Below, in pieces: positions 15,390 to 24,766 of a stretch of DNA of 26,429 bases (its first letter is position 1; every line of letters begins with the position of its first letter). The notes beneath the pieces were generated by a model, which worked only from the letters and a program-made list of their open reading frames with translations, searched no databases and was not told the DNA's origin. The position numbers and the translations under genes are program-made. The DNA is from a virus (lineage: Duplodnaviria > Caudoviricetes), in IMG/VR virus record IMGVR_UViG_3300037462_000641, positions 1-26,429 of that record; one strand, 5' to 3'.

Positions 15390-16873
15390 ATTTTCTGGAT
15401 AAAATGCGTCGTCGAATCGGCAATGTTTTGATTGGCTACGGCAAGCGCATGGCGGAAGAGGCATCGCCTGCCAGTCCGCGCCTGGCCTACCTAAAAGCGG
15501 CCATCAGCTCAGGGTTGACGGCGGATTGGGTTTCGGGAAGCGTCGGCGCCGACCAAAAGGCGATGGCAAGCCTGGCGCGAGTCCGAGCACGGAGTCGCGA
15601 GCGAGCCGACAACGATCCGCACGCCGCGAAATACTTGCAGACACTGGAAAATGAAATCGTCGGGCCGGGCGGCTTTGGCCTTCAGTTTCACGCCGTTGGA
15701 CGTAAGGGCGAGCCGGATGACAGGCTAAACACTCGCCTCGAAGAGGCTTGGGCGCGTCGGTGCGAGGCGGAATTTGCGACCACAGCAGGGCGACTTTGCT
15801 GGAATGACCTGGCCCGCCTGGTCATTCGCACCGTTGCCTGTGAGGGCGAGGCGTTGCTGCAAATCGTGGCGCAGCGGAACAACCCATATGGCTATGCCCT
15901 GAACCTGGTCAGCGCTGAATGGCTCGACGACCAGCATCTGGAAATTGCCCGCAATGGCAACCGCATAATCATGGGCGTCGAGCTCGACGACCAAAACCGC
16001 CCCGTTGCCTATTGGTTGCGTCCGCCGGTGTCGGAACTTTACCCTCGCCTCCGGCGAGAAACCGAAAAAAAGCGGATTCCCGCCGCCTCGATCATCCATG
16101 TGTGGCGACAATTGCAGCCGGACGCCACGCGCGGAATGCCGTGGATGGCAAGTGGGCTATACTTCATGAAGATGTTGGAAGGACTTAACGACGCCGCTGT
16201 GACGACGGCCCGCGCCGCCGCCTGCAATGGAGGATTTTTCAGCGAGCGACAGCCCGAAGAGGACGCGGTCGGCGGCGCAAAAGAGGACGTTCCCGAATCA
16301 ATCGAAATGCGCCCCGGCGAGTTTGTGAAGCTTCCGCCGGGCGTAGAGTTCATGCCATTCAACCCGAATCAACCGACCAGCAACCATGCGGAATTTGCGC
16401 GAACGATCACAACCTTCATCGCAGCCGGACTTGGCATCCCGTATTCCACACTCAGCGCCGACTTGTCGCAGGCCAACTATTCGTCAATGCGCGCCGGGGC
16501 GATTGACTGGAAAAGGCAAAAAGGGGTACTCCAAAATTGGATGATTGGGGCTTTCTGCGATCCCGACGTTCGCGAATTTCTGCGCTGGCAAGTTTTGCTC
16601 GGCAATATTTCAACTGAAGAGAGAAACCGAATTGCTTGGCATTGGACGCCAAGCGGGTTCGACTGGGTCGACCCGGCCAAAGACATGCAGGCAAATTTGG
16701 TCAAACTCAGCCTCGGCATGACGACAATGACGAAACTTGCGGCGGAAGCTGGCGGAGATTTCGAGACGAATTTGGCTGCAATCAAACGAGAGAGAGAGCT
16801 TGCCGCAAAATACGGCGTTGATCTGAGTGCGCTTCAAATGAAAAAAGGGAAAAACGATGCAGGCCAAACTTAA
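15386..16873 (+). CDS. Portal protein, lambda family
   Basis: RARSRERADND, GVELDDQNRPVAYW, IAAGLGIPYSTLSADLSQANYSSMR, WVDPAKD. Confidence 0.97.
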   Translation: MNFLDKMRRRIGNVLIGYGKRMAEEASPASPRLAYLKAAISSGLTADWVSGSVGADQKAMASLARVRARSRERADNDPHAAKYLQTLENEIVGPGGFGLQFHAVGRKGEPDDRLNTRLEEAWARRCEAEFATTAGRLCWNDLARLVIRTVACEGEALLQIVAQRNNPYGYALNLVSAEWLDDQHLEIARNGNRIIMGVELDDQNRPVAYWLRPPVSELYPRLRRETEKKRIPAASIIHVWRQLQPDATRGMPWMASGLYFMKMLEGLNDAAVTTARAAACNGGFFSERQPEEDAVGGAKEDVPESIEMRPGEFVKLPPGVEFMPFNPNQPTSNHAEFARTITTFIAAGLGIPYSTLSADLSQANYSSMRAGAIDWKRQKGVLQNWMIGAFCDPDVREFLRWQVLLGNISTEERNRIAWHWTPSGFDWVDPAKDMQANLVKLSLGMTTMTKLAAEAGGDFETNLAAIKRERELAAKYGVDLSALQMKKGKNDAGQT

Positions 16874-17039
16874 AAAAACGCAAAAAAAAAGACTGAAAGT
16901 CACCAAATCAGACCTAGACGATCTGATACTGGCATTGCACCGGATGGTTTCGGACCCCAATTTCCCGCCATCAAGTGGCAAGGCTGATTTGCAACGAACA
17001 ACTAAGAGAATTTTAGATCAATCCCTTGAATCAAGTTGA
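16857..17039 (+). CDS. Small basic hypothetical protein (60 aa)
   Basis: SD-like AAGGGA; overlaps the portal end and fills the gap before the capsid leader. Confidence 0.45.
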   Translation: MQAKLKKTQKKRLKVTKSDLDDLILALHRMVSDPNFPPSSGKADLQRTTKRILDQSLESS

Positions 17040-17064
17040 AATAATGGGCGCGTCGGCGTAAATT
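17036..17064 (+). promoter_or_regulatory. Sigma70-like promoter upstream of the protease-capsid gene
   Basis: TTGAAA (17036-17041), 17 bp spacer, TAAATT (17059-17064). Confidence 0.45.
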
Positions 17065-17100
17065 TCCGAAATCTCGATAAATCTCTTTGGCACGCCATCC

Positions 17101-17132
17101 GGCCCGCCTGCAATGGCGGGCCTTTCTCTTTT
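17101..17132 (+). terminator. Terminator-like hairpin just before the capsid gene
   Basis: GGCCCGCC-tgcaat-GGCGGGCC followed by TTTCTCTTTT. Confidence 0.65.
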
Positions 17133-17143
17133 GGTGAAAAAAA

Positions 17144-19063
17144 ATGAAAGAAGCGACAAGAAACGACGTCCGCAAAGGGATCCCGATGCAAATCAGGGCG
17201 GCCGACCTGGCGCCCTCGTCTTACTCGGAAGCGGACAACACTGTCGAAGTCGTTTGGTCGACCGGCGCGCCTGTCCGCAGATACGATTGGGAATCAGGCC
17301 GATACTATGATGAAGTCCTATCAATGGACCCTTCCGCCGTTCGCCTCGGACGACTGAACGGCGGCGCATCCTTCCTTGATTCGCATGGAAAATATTCCCT
17401 CTCCAGTGTGATTGGCTCGGTAGTGCCAGGCACGGCAAGGATTGAAGACGGAACAGGCCTTGCCCGGATCAAACTTTCTTCCGCGCCTCGCGACGCCGAC
17501 ACCATTGTAAAAATTCGGGAGGGTGTAATTCGGTCGGTATCCGTCGGCTACGTTTGCCATCGGATTGAAAAAATCGTCAGCGATCCGAATGCCAACCAAA
17601 CCGATCAATGGAGAGTCACCGATTGGGAGCCATATGAAATCTCGGCAGTGCCGGTGAACGCGGATGCGGGAGCCGTGGTGCGCGCACAAGGTGCGGAAGC
17701 GTTTCCGTGCGAAATCGAAACAATAAATGAAAGAGGGGAAAACGAGCAGATGGCCAACCAATCAAGACACGTTGACGTTCAAGACGCCTGGGATAATTCG
17801 GGTGAAAAATCGCGAATTGAACAGATCAAAGGCATCGCCGACCTGATGCGCAGCCTGGACCCGGATATTGATCAACGCGCCTCGTCCGCCGTATACGAGG
17901 GAATATCGGTTGCCGATTTTCGGGCTGGCTGCCTGAGAGCGGCTCGTGAGCGGTCGGAAGCGACGATCAAAACGTCGCCCATGCTAACAGCAAAAGAAGA
18001 CGCGAAATTTTCGGTGACGAATGCGATCCGGGCGATGATGAATGGGCAATGGAATGACAATAGATACCGATCTTTTGAAAAGGACGTGACTGAAGAGCTT
18101 GTCAAACGCGGATACAAGAGCGCCAACGGCGGCGCCCTCATCCCCCATGATTTGATTATCCCGCCAAATGAGCGGACGCGAACCCTGACGACGACCGACG
18201 CGGGCGGCGCGGCCGAATTGAATTTCACGATGCCCATGCCGTTCATTGAACGCCTTCGCAATCAGGCGATGGTGATGCGTTTGGGCGCAACCATGCTTTC
18301 AGGACTGGAAGGGAAGGCGAGCTTCCCGCGCCAAATCGGACAGGCCGCGGCGTCATGGGTGTCGGAAAATCCGGGCTCTGACGTCAGCGAAACACAATTC
18401 ACGCTCGACGACGTCGAGCTTGACGCAAAAACGTTGATGGCGGCCACCAGTCACACGAAGCAGACCTTGAATCAACTCAGTTACGACATTGAGGAACTCA
18501 TCCGAAACGACCTCATGGCAGTCAACGCGCTGGCCATCGATCTGGCGGCGCTGGCGGGAACCGGGACGGCTGGACAGCCGACAGGAATCCTCAACACCAG
18601 CGGCGTCAACCTTGTGGCGATTGGCGCCAACGGCGGCGCGCCCACCTGGACGCACATTGTCGGCATGGAGACGGCAATCAGCGAGGACAACGCCGAAACG
18701 GAAACAATGGCATACCTGACGACGCCGGGCGTGCGCGGGAAGCTGAAAACGACGCTGGATTTTGAAGCCGCCGCCGCCGGAATGCGCATTTGGCAAAACG
18801 GAAACATCGTAAACGGCTATCGGGCCGAAGCGACGAACCAGATGCCGAAGGGATTGACAAAGGGAACATCAAACGACTGCCACTCCATCCTATTTGGTTC
18901 CTGGCCCTGGCTGATGATCGGCATGTGGGGCGCGTTTGAAATCGTCGTCAATCCATTCGCCGAACTCAAGAAAGCCAAAGTCCAAATTGTGACATTCCAG
19001 CAGGCGGATATTGCCCTGCGCTACCCGGAAGCGTTTTCTGCGATCAAAGACGCCCGCGTGTAA
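17144..19063 (+). CDS. Prohead protease - major capsid protein fusion (HK97 fold)
   Basis: N-terminal protease (FLDSH, RSVSVGY, DWEPYEISAVPVNAD) and C-terminal capsid (GATMLSGLEG..SFPRQ, GTAGQPTGILN, DIALRYPEAF). Confidence 0.95.
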   Translation: MKEATRNDVRKGIPMQIRAADLAPSSYSEADNTVEVVWSTGAPVRRYDWESGRYYDEVLSMDPSAVRLGRLNGGASFLDSHGKYSLSSVIGSVVPGTARIEDGTGLARIKLSSAPRDADTIVKIREGVIRSVSVGYVCHRIEKIVSDPNANQTDQWRVTDWEPYEISAVPVNADAGAVVRAQGAEAFPCEIETINERGENEQMANQSRHVDVQDAWDNSGEKSRIEQIKGIADLMRSLDPDIDQRASSAVYEGISVADFRAGCLRAARERSEATIKTSPMLTAKEDAKFSVTNAIRAMMNGQWNDNRYRSFEKDVTEELVKRGYKSANGGALIPHDLIIPPNERTRTLTTTDAGGAAELNFTMPMPFIERLRNQAMVMRLGATMLSGLEGKASFPRQIGQAAASWVSENPGSDVSETQFTLDDVELDAKTLMAATSHTKQTLNQLSYDIEELIRNDLMAVNALAIDLAALAGTGTAGQPTGILNTSGVNLVAIGANGGAPTWTHIVGMETAISEDNAETETMAYLTTPGVRGKLKTTLDFEAAAAGMRIWQNGNIVNGYRAEATNQMPKGLTKGTSNDCHSILFGSWPWLMIGMWGAFEIVVNPFAELKKAKVQIVTFQQADIALRYPEAFSAIKDARV

Positions 19064-19089
19064 TTATCATTACGGAAGGAAAAAAAACG

Positions 19090-19263
19090 ATGGCTGAAAA
19101 AACGATCAAGATCAAAATTCCCGAAACCGGAAACGGGGTCGTCTATGAAGGCGACGACCTCTTGCCGGGCGGAATCTACAACGTCAGCGAAAAATTTGCC
19201 AAGTACTTGATCGAGCGCGGCCGCGCGGTCCTCGCCACTGAAGAGAAGAAAAAGAGCGCGTAA
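19090..19263 (+). CDS. Small virion-associated protein (57 aa, absent from the ORF track)
   Basis: SD AAGGA; MAEKTIKIKIPETGNGVVYEGDDLLPGGIYNVSEKFAKYLIERGRAVLATEEKKKSA; TAATG overlap with the next gene. Confidence 0.8.
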   Translation: MAEKTIKIKIPETGNGVVYEGDDLLPGGIYNVSEKFAKYLIERGRAVLATEEKKKSA

Positions 19264-19538
19264 TGTTTGCGGAAGACGCCGACATCTTCTTTCAAGAATT
19301 TGCAGTTGAAGGCGAGACTGTCGGCGAAACGCCGCGCACATTCCGCGCCATTCTGACGGATGATCTGCTGGAGGTGGACGGCGTCATCAAATGCGTGCCG
19401 ACCTGCCGGATCAAGACCTCGGACGCCGACGGACTCAAGATCCGTTCAGAAATTCGCATTGATGGGCGTTCCTTCGCTGTCGTTGACCGAAATAACGACG
19501 GCACAGGCATGACCGATATGATCTTGAGGGAACTATGA
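19263..19538 (+). CDS. Head-closure protein (gpFII-like)
   Basis: MFAEDADIFF...IDGRSFAVVDRNNDGTGMTDMIL pattern and gene position. Confidence 0.8.
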   Translation: MFAEDADIFFQEFAVEGETVGETPRTFRAILTDDLLEVDGVIKCVPTCRIKTSDADGLKIRSEIRIDGRSFAVVDRNNDGTGMTDMILREL

Positions 19539-19789
19539 AGCTTTTTCTGCAAGTGGGAAGCCGTGTCATCAACGGCGTGGAGTACAGCAAGGGAGACGAA
19601 ATCGAAATCCCCTCCCAAGTCCCGAAAAATCTAGCAAAAATCTTGCAACGAATGGGAGTTCTAGCAGAGAGAAAGCCAAAGCCTGATGAGAAGACAGCAG
19701 ATAATGACCCGCCTGAAGGAAGCGCTGGAGACCATCCAAGCAGGGATGACGGTGACGGTGTCAAGCGCGGACGGCGAGCGCGAGCATGA
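19535..19789 (+). CDS. Small hypothetical virion protein
   Basis: ATGA overlap; INGVEYSKGDEIEI...AKILQRMG; last 104 nt overlap the next gene. Confidence 0.65.
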   Translation: MKLFLQVGSRVINGVEYSKGDEIEIPSQVPKNLAKILQRMGVLAERKPKPDEKTADNDPPEGSAGDHPSRDDGDGVKRGRRARA

Positions 19790-20186
19790 GTACGGCACTA
19801 CGGTCAAGCGAGCCTATGACCGCCGCGCGACGCCGGTCGAGCCGGAAGAGACGCCATGCGTGATTTTCGGCGAAGGCGAGTGTGAAATCGGATATCCAGG
19901 GCGCGATCACGAAGTCGCAACGCACCGCCTGCAAGTCGTAATCGAATGCTTGGTCGTTGGGAGCGGGGACCAAGAAACTGATTCCGCCGCGCCCTTGCTT
20001 CGGGTGATGATGAATGACGTATGCGCGTTGATGAACAGCGAAAAGCGCGAATTTTTGCGATTGGGCGGCGCCGTCCAGTCGATCAGGCGCGTTTCAGACA
20101 TGCTTGAAACGGAGAATAACCAACTTTTGGCCGCCGGGCGCCTTCTCTACGAGTTTTCGTATCTGACGCCCGACGACCTGCTATGA
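19686..20186 (+). CDS. Tail terminator-like protein
   Basis: RRQQIMTRLKEAL...EETPCVIF...LYEFSYLT; located between neck genes and tail tube. Confidence 0.7.
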   Translation: MRRQQIMTRLKEALETIQAGMTVTVSSADGEREHEYGTTVKRAYDRRATPVEPEETPCVIFGEGECEIGYPGRDHEVATHRLQVVIECLVVGSGDQETDSAAPLLRVMMNDVCALMNSEKREFLRLGGAVQSIRRVSDMLETENNQLLAAGRLLYEFSYLTPDDLL

Positions 20187-20194
20187 GGGAAGAC

Positions 20195-21214
20195 ATGGCA
20201 CGATCCGCAAGTGATATTCGGACTCAAATCGGATTTGAAGTCACGCCGGGGACGGCGGTCGCCGCGACGCGCCGACTTCGCTCGACACAATTCGCCACAA
20301 ATCCAAAGCAGGAAGTGGAAACGTTCCGCGCGATGGGCTTTCGCACAGCGACGCACCGTGTGAAACACCGCGAAATGTCAATGGGCGCGTTTGAGGGTGC
20401 GCTGAACATGGCGGAGTTGCTGCCAATTCTCGCTTCGCGATTCGGCGCGCCCACGCCGCAGCAAATCGGATCAACGACGGGCTACACCTGGACTTTCACC
20501 CCGGCGGCGGGCGCGCCCGGTGACACACCCAAGACGCTGACGATTGAAAAAGGGGACACGACTGGAGCGACGCGGGTCGCGTATGCGGTCGTCAACGATT
20601 TCAAAATGGAGATCAACAACGTCAACTCAGGAAAAATTTCTGGAAATTTGATCGGGCGCGCACCCCAAAGCGTCAACTCTGTGACGACCAGCGGGGTGAG
20701 CTTCTATCCTTTCGTGCCAATGGCTGCCAGTTCGTATGATCTTTGGCTTGCCGCATCCTATGCCGATGCGGTCGCACAACAAAATGATGACAAGCTGGCC
20801 GGGGCGATTGATACCATTTCGATTGACGTTGGCGAGCAATTCGTCGCGTTTCAGCCGTTTGAAAGCGATTTTGAGAGTTTTAAGGAACTGACGCAGCGGG
20901 ACTACACGGTCAAGGTTGAACTGACGCTGAATAATAGTCCGGCGGCGCGCAGCGTGCGCGATGCTCTCAAGGCGAATCCGCTCCCAACAAGATTTTTGCG
21001 CCTGCGATCACGCGGGCCGCAATTTGCACTCGACGGCGCCACCCCCATCTTCCATGAGTTTGCCGCGACTTTCGCACTGCAATACATGGCGGATGAGGAA
21101 GTGGACAATGTCCAAGAGGTTTTTGGGGTCAAGCTGATGCTGGAGAGCGTTTTCGATCCAGTCTCAGGAATTTTTCACGAATACGAGATCACAACCAACG
21201 TTTCCGCACTTTAA
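20195..21214 (+). CDS. Major tail tube protein
   Basis: QIGFEVTPGTAVAAT, YTWTFTP, TLTIEKGD; precedes the chaperones and tape measure. Confidence 0.85.
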   Translation: MARSASDIRTQIGFEVTPGTAVAATRRLRSTQFATNPKQEVETFRAMGFRTATHRVKHREMSMGAFEGALNMAELLPILASRFGAPTPQQIGSTTGYTWTFTPAAGAPGDTPKTLTIEKGDTTGATRVAYAVVNDFKMEINNVNSGKISGNLIGRAPQSVNSVTTSGVSFYPFVPMAASSYDLWLAASYADAVAQQNDDKLAGAIDTISIDVGEQFVAFQPFESDFESFKELTQRDYTVKVELTLNNSPAARSVRDALKANPLPTRFLRLRSRGPQFALDGATPIFHEFAATFALQYMADEEVDNVQEVFGVKLMLESVFDPVSGIFHEYEITTNVSAL

Positions 21215-21236
21215 GAAGATGTTGACGTGAGAAGGC

Positions 21237-21569
21237 ATGGACATTTCAAAAACATTTATTTCGGCGAACCAGATTCAACGCCGACCAGTTTTCATCGAAG
21301 TGAAAACGTGGAAAGACGACTGCGAAACGACGGAAAAGCTGACTGTTTGGCGCAAAGGCATCACGGCGGAGCAAAAAAAGCGCGCCGATGAAGCCGGTTT
21401 TGATGAAGCGATCCCGCTTTTGATCGAAGTTTTGGTTGATTGGGATTTAACAAATGGGGGCGAACGGGTCGAATTGACCAGAGAAGCCCTTGAGCAACTT
21501 GATTTTTTGGACGGCGTCGCGCCGATCTTCCTGACGGTGTTTGGGTTGCGCCCGGAAAAAAAGCTGTAG
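21237..21569 (+). CDS. Tail assembly chaperone (gpG-like)
   Basis: LVDWDLTNGGERVELTREAL; ends at slippery A AAA AAG. Confidence 0.85.
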   Translation: MDISKTFISANQIQRRPVFIEVKTWKDDCETTEKLTVWRKGITAEQKKRADEAGFDEAIPLLIEVLVDWDLTNGGERVELTREALEQLDFLDGVAPIFLTVFGLRPEKKL

Positions 21570-21844
21570 AGCGACTGCGCAACTGGTACGCCGGGGGTGT
21601 GGACGGCGCCGCGATCCCCGACCTCTTGATTTATGAAATCGCGCTTCAATGCGGCGTCAACCCCGCAGAAGTCCGAACATGGGACGCGGAAGACCTGCAC
21701 ACCCTCGGCGCCGTGCTATGGGCGAAACGAGAAGCGAAACAGGCGATAGCCAAACGCTTCAAGCTGAACCTCTCCGATGTCCCGGAGTGGTTCACCGACC
21801 TGGCGCCGTTTGAATGGCGCCAAAATGAAACCGAGGAACAATGA
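21557..21844 (+). CDS. Tail assembly chaperone frameshift extension (gpT-like), reached by -1 frameshift
   Basis: Heptamer A_AAA_AAG at 21557-21563; -1 frame reads AVERLRNWYAGGVDGAAIPDLLIYEIALQCGVNPAEV up to the ATGA overlap with the tape measure. Confidence 0.85.
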   Translation, partial: KKAVERLRNWYAGGVDGAAIPDLLIYEIALQCGVNPAEVRTWDAEDLHTLGAVLWAKREAKQAIAKRFKLNLSDVPEWFTDLAPFEWRQNETEEQ

Positions 21845-24765
21845 GCCGACTGGCCGATGTCCAAGTTGATATTCGAGCGAACCTGACGCCATTGCGCGGC
21901 GGAATCGCCTCGGCGTTCAACTTGCTTCGGAGTTTCGGGCGTAGCGCCGAGCGTCCTGTCGCTATGCGCCTCGACGGACGGCAAGCGGCCGCAGCCGTCG
22001 GCTCCCTTCAACGCTCGCTTGCCGGGCTAAAATCGTCCGCTGGGGCGAGTTTGGGCGCGTTGGGAGGCGTCGGGAAGGGCGCCCTGGCCGCCTTTGGCGG
22101 AAACTTGCTGACAAAAGGGTTTGACGCCGTCACCGGGAAAATAGGCGACCTCGTGGAGCGCGGAAAAAGCCTCAACGCTTTTCGCGAGACGGCGCAAGGC
22201 TCATTCGCCATCCTCTTGAAGTCCGGCGAAAAAGCGAAGGCGATGCTTTCCGATCTGGAAAAGTTTTCGTTCGACGCAGGGATGTTCGACTTTGAAGGCA
22301 TCACGCAGGCGGCAAAGAAAATGCTGGCCTTCAACTTTGAGCCGGGAAAGGTCATCCCAACGTTAAAAATTATTGCCGATGCGGCCGCCGTCGTCGGCGA
22401 CAACGCCGACGACGCGCGAGAGAAATTGGGCGGAATTGCGTTGGCGTTGGGACAAATGCGAGCGGGCGAAACTCTCAAGGCGGAAGAGTTGAACCAGTTG
22501 ATCGAACGGGGAATCCCCGCCTGGAAGCTGCTTTCCGATGCGACCGGCAAGTCCATTTCCCAACTCAAAAAACTTCAAGAGCAAGGCAAGTTGTCGGGCA
22601 AGGTCGCGAGCGACCTGATAATCGGTCAAATGGAGCGCGAGTATGGCGGCGCCGTCGCCAAGCAAAGCGGCACCTATTCGGGCATGCAGGCGCAAGCGCA
22701 GGAAGCGGAAACGCAATTCGCCGCGCGCGCCGTCTCGCCAATGATGGATGAGTTCAAGGTCGGGTTTCAGCAGCAGATGAATTTCCTGCAATCCGACGGC
22801 GCAAAGAGCCTGGCCGACACCATGGGACAGGTCGGACGGACCGGGGCGATTGCCTACAACGAAGCATGGAAAGCCGCCTACGGCGGAGCCGCGAACTTCG
22901 GGACGCGCGCGGCGAAAGATGGAATCGGCGTCGCCGCCTCAGATGGAATCGTCGAAGCTTCCCCGCAGATCATCAAAGACGCCGCAAGCAAAGTCATCGC
23001 CACGTCGGACGCGGTGACAAACGCAGTGACGGGAATCGCAAACAAGATTGCGGCATGGAAAATCCCCGGCTTCAGAGATGGCGGCCCGGTATCCGGCCCT
23101 GGAACGACGACATCCGATTCGATTCCGGCCTTGCTTTCGCGTGATGAGTACGTGATGCCCGCCGCCGCAGCCCAAGCGTTCGGCTATGCGAACCTCGACG
23201 CGATCCGCGCCGGCCGCTTCGGGCGCTTCAACAAAGGCGGAAGAGTAAAACCCGATCCGAAAAGCTTCATCGCCGCAATCGCTGCGGCGGCGCAGGCGAG
23301 CCAAGCGCGAACCGGCGTCCCGGCCTCAGTCGCCATCGCTCAAGCGATTCTGGAAAGCAACTCCGGCGCATCCGGCCTTGCGCGCAAAGCCAACAATTTT
23401 TTCGGCATCAAAGGGCGCGGGCCAGAAGGCAGCATGACGTTTCGGACGCGCGAGGAAACGCGGGGCGGGAAATCGTACTACGTCAACGCGCCGTTTCGGG
23501 CCTATGCCAATGCGGAGCAGTCGTTCGAGGATCATGGGCGATTCCTTCGCGAAAACAAGCGCTACGCCGGGGCGTTCCAGGCGCAAAGTCCGGTTGACTT
23601 CGCGCGTGCAATTCAACGCGCCGGATACGCAACGGACAATAGATATGCGGCGAAAATCGAAAAACTCATCAATTCGTATGACCTCACGAAGTACGATTCC
23701 GCAGAGGCGGGAGTGAGCCGCAGCCTGTCGGCGCTCGCCGACGGAACATCAAAGAGCGGAAAAGCGCTTTCGGACGCTTCAGACGCCATCGTCAACGCGA
23801 CGCAAAAAACAATTCAAGCCCTGCGCGGCCCAGGGGATGAAGCGTTCCCGGCCAATGCCCGGCCGTTCCAGACGCGCACCCGCAACGTGAGCGGATACGG
23901 CGACGCTGACGCTGACCGCCGCTATCGCGAAGTCCAAGCCATGCTGCAAGGGCGCACCGCCGACCAGATCATTGCGGATGCCAAAAAATTCCACGCGACA
24001 ATCAAGGAATCGAATGCGGAAACGAACCAGTTTGGCGCGGCGCTGCAATCGGTAACGCCGGAGTTTGAAAAAATCTCCGTCGGAGTCGCCAAAGTCTCTG
24101 AACAACTCAACACCGGATTGATCGAGCGCGCCGGCCAAAAACTGCGCGAGACGCAGGCGGCATATGACGCCGCGCTGGCGTCGGTCGCCAAGTCCGGCGG
24201 CGCGTCCGCGTCCTCCGGCGGAACGCTGACAAAAGACGAGCAGGCGGAAAATTTCAAAAAACTTTCCGCCGTGGAAGGCGGGGAAAAGACGAAATTTGGC
24301 GAGACTCTTGGAAAGGAAACCGTCGCCGCCTTCTCGACGACAATCCGGGCCGCCTTCGCCGGGGAAATTGATTCCATCGGGGGATTTTTCAAGAGTTTGG
24401 CGCGCACCCTTGGCCAATCCTTGATCGATAATCTCTTCAAAGGAGGGGACGAAGAAGGCGGCGGCGGAGGGCTTGGCGGATTGATCGGGAAGGGCGTACG
24501 TGGATTGTTTGGATTGTTTGGTGGCGGAAAAGCTTCCGGCGGCCGCGCCACGTCGGGTGTGACGTACCAGGTGAATGAGTTTGGCACCGAGTTCCTGACG
24601 CCAATCGGCGGGGACGTGAACATCTTGAACGCCTTGCGCGGCGGACGCGGCGGACAAATGACCCAAACAAACAACTTTTTTATAAATTCGGACAACGGAA
24701 ACCTTTCCAGGGAATCGCAACGCCAACTGTCCGAGCGTATCGGTCGCCAAACGCGGAGATTCTGA
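21841..24765 (+). CDS. Tape measure protein with internal GH73 (FlgJ-like) glucosaminidase domain
   Basis: ALGQMRAGETLKAEELNQLIERGIP, GGPVSGPGTTTSDSIPALLSRDEYV, AQAILES...NNFFGIKG...GYATDNRYAAK. Confidence 0.95.
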   Translation: MSRLADVQVDIRANLTPLRGGIASAFNLLRSFGRSAERPVAMRLDGRQAAAAVGSLQRSLAGLKSSAGASLGALGGVGKGALAAFGGNLLTKGFDAVTGKIGDLVERGKSLNAFRETAQGSFAILLKSGEKAKAMLSDLEKFSFDAGMFDFEGITQAAKKMLAFNFEPGKVIPTLKIIADAAAVVGDNADDAREKLGGIALALGQMRAGETLKAEELNQLIERGIPAWKLLSDATGKSISQLKKLQEQGKLSGKVASDLIIGQMEREYGGAVAKQSGTYSGMQAQAQEAETQFAARAVSPMMDEFKVGFQQQMNFLQSDGAKSLADTMGQVGRTGAIAYNEAWKAAYGGAANFGTRAAKDGIGVAASDGIVEASPQIIKDAASKVIATSDAVTNAVTGIANKIAAWKIPGFRDGGPVSGPGTTTSDSIPALLSRDEYVMPAAAAQAFGYANLDAIRAGRFGRFNKGGRVKPDPKSFIAAIAAAAQASQARTGVPASVAIAQAILESNSGASGLARKANNFFGIKGRGPEGSMTFRTREETRGGKSYYVNAPFRAYANAEQSFEDHGRFLRENKRYAGAFQAQSPVDFARAIQRAGYATDNRYAAKIEKLINSYDLTKYDSAEAGVSRSLSALADGTSKSGKALSDASDAIVNATQKTIQALRGPGDEAFPANARPFQTRTRNVSGYGDADADRRYREVQAMLQGRTADQIIADAKKFHATIKESNAETNQFGAALQSVTPEFEKISVGVAKVSEQLNTGLIERAGQKLRETQAAYDAALASVAKSGGASASSGGTLTKDEQAENFKKLSAVEGGEKTKFGETLGKETVAAFSTTIRAAFAGEIDSIGGFFKSLARTLGQSLIDNLFKGGDEEGGGGGLGGLIGKGVRGLFGLFGGGKASGGRATSGVTYQVNEFGTEFLTPIGGDVNILNALRGGRGGQMTQTNNFFINSDNGNLSRESQRQLSERIGRQTRRF

Positions 24766-24766
24766 G

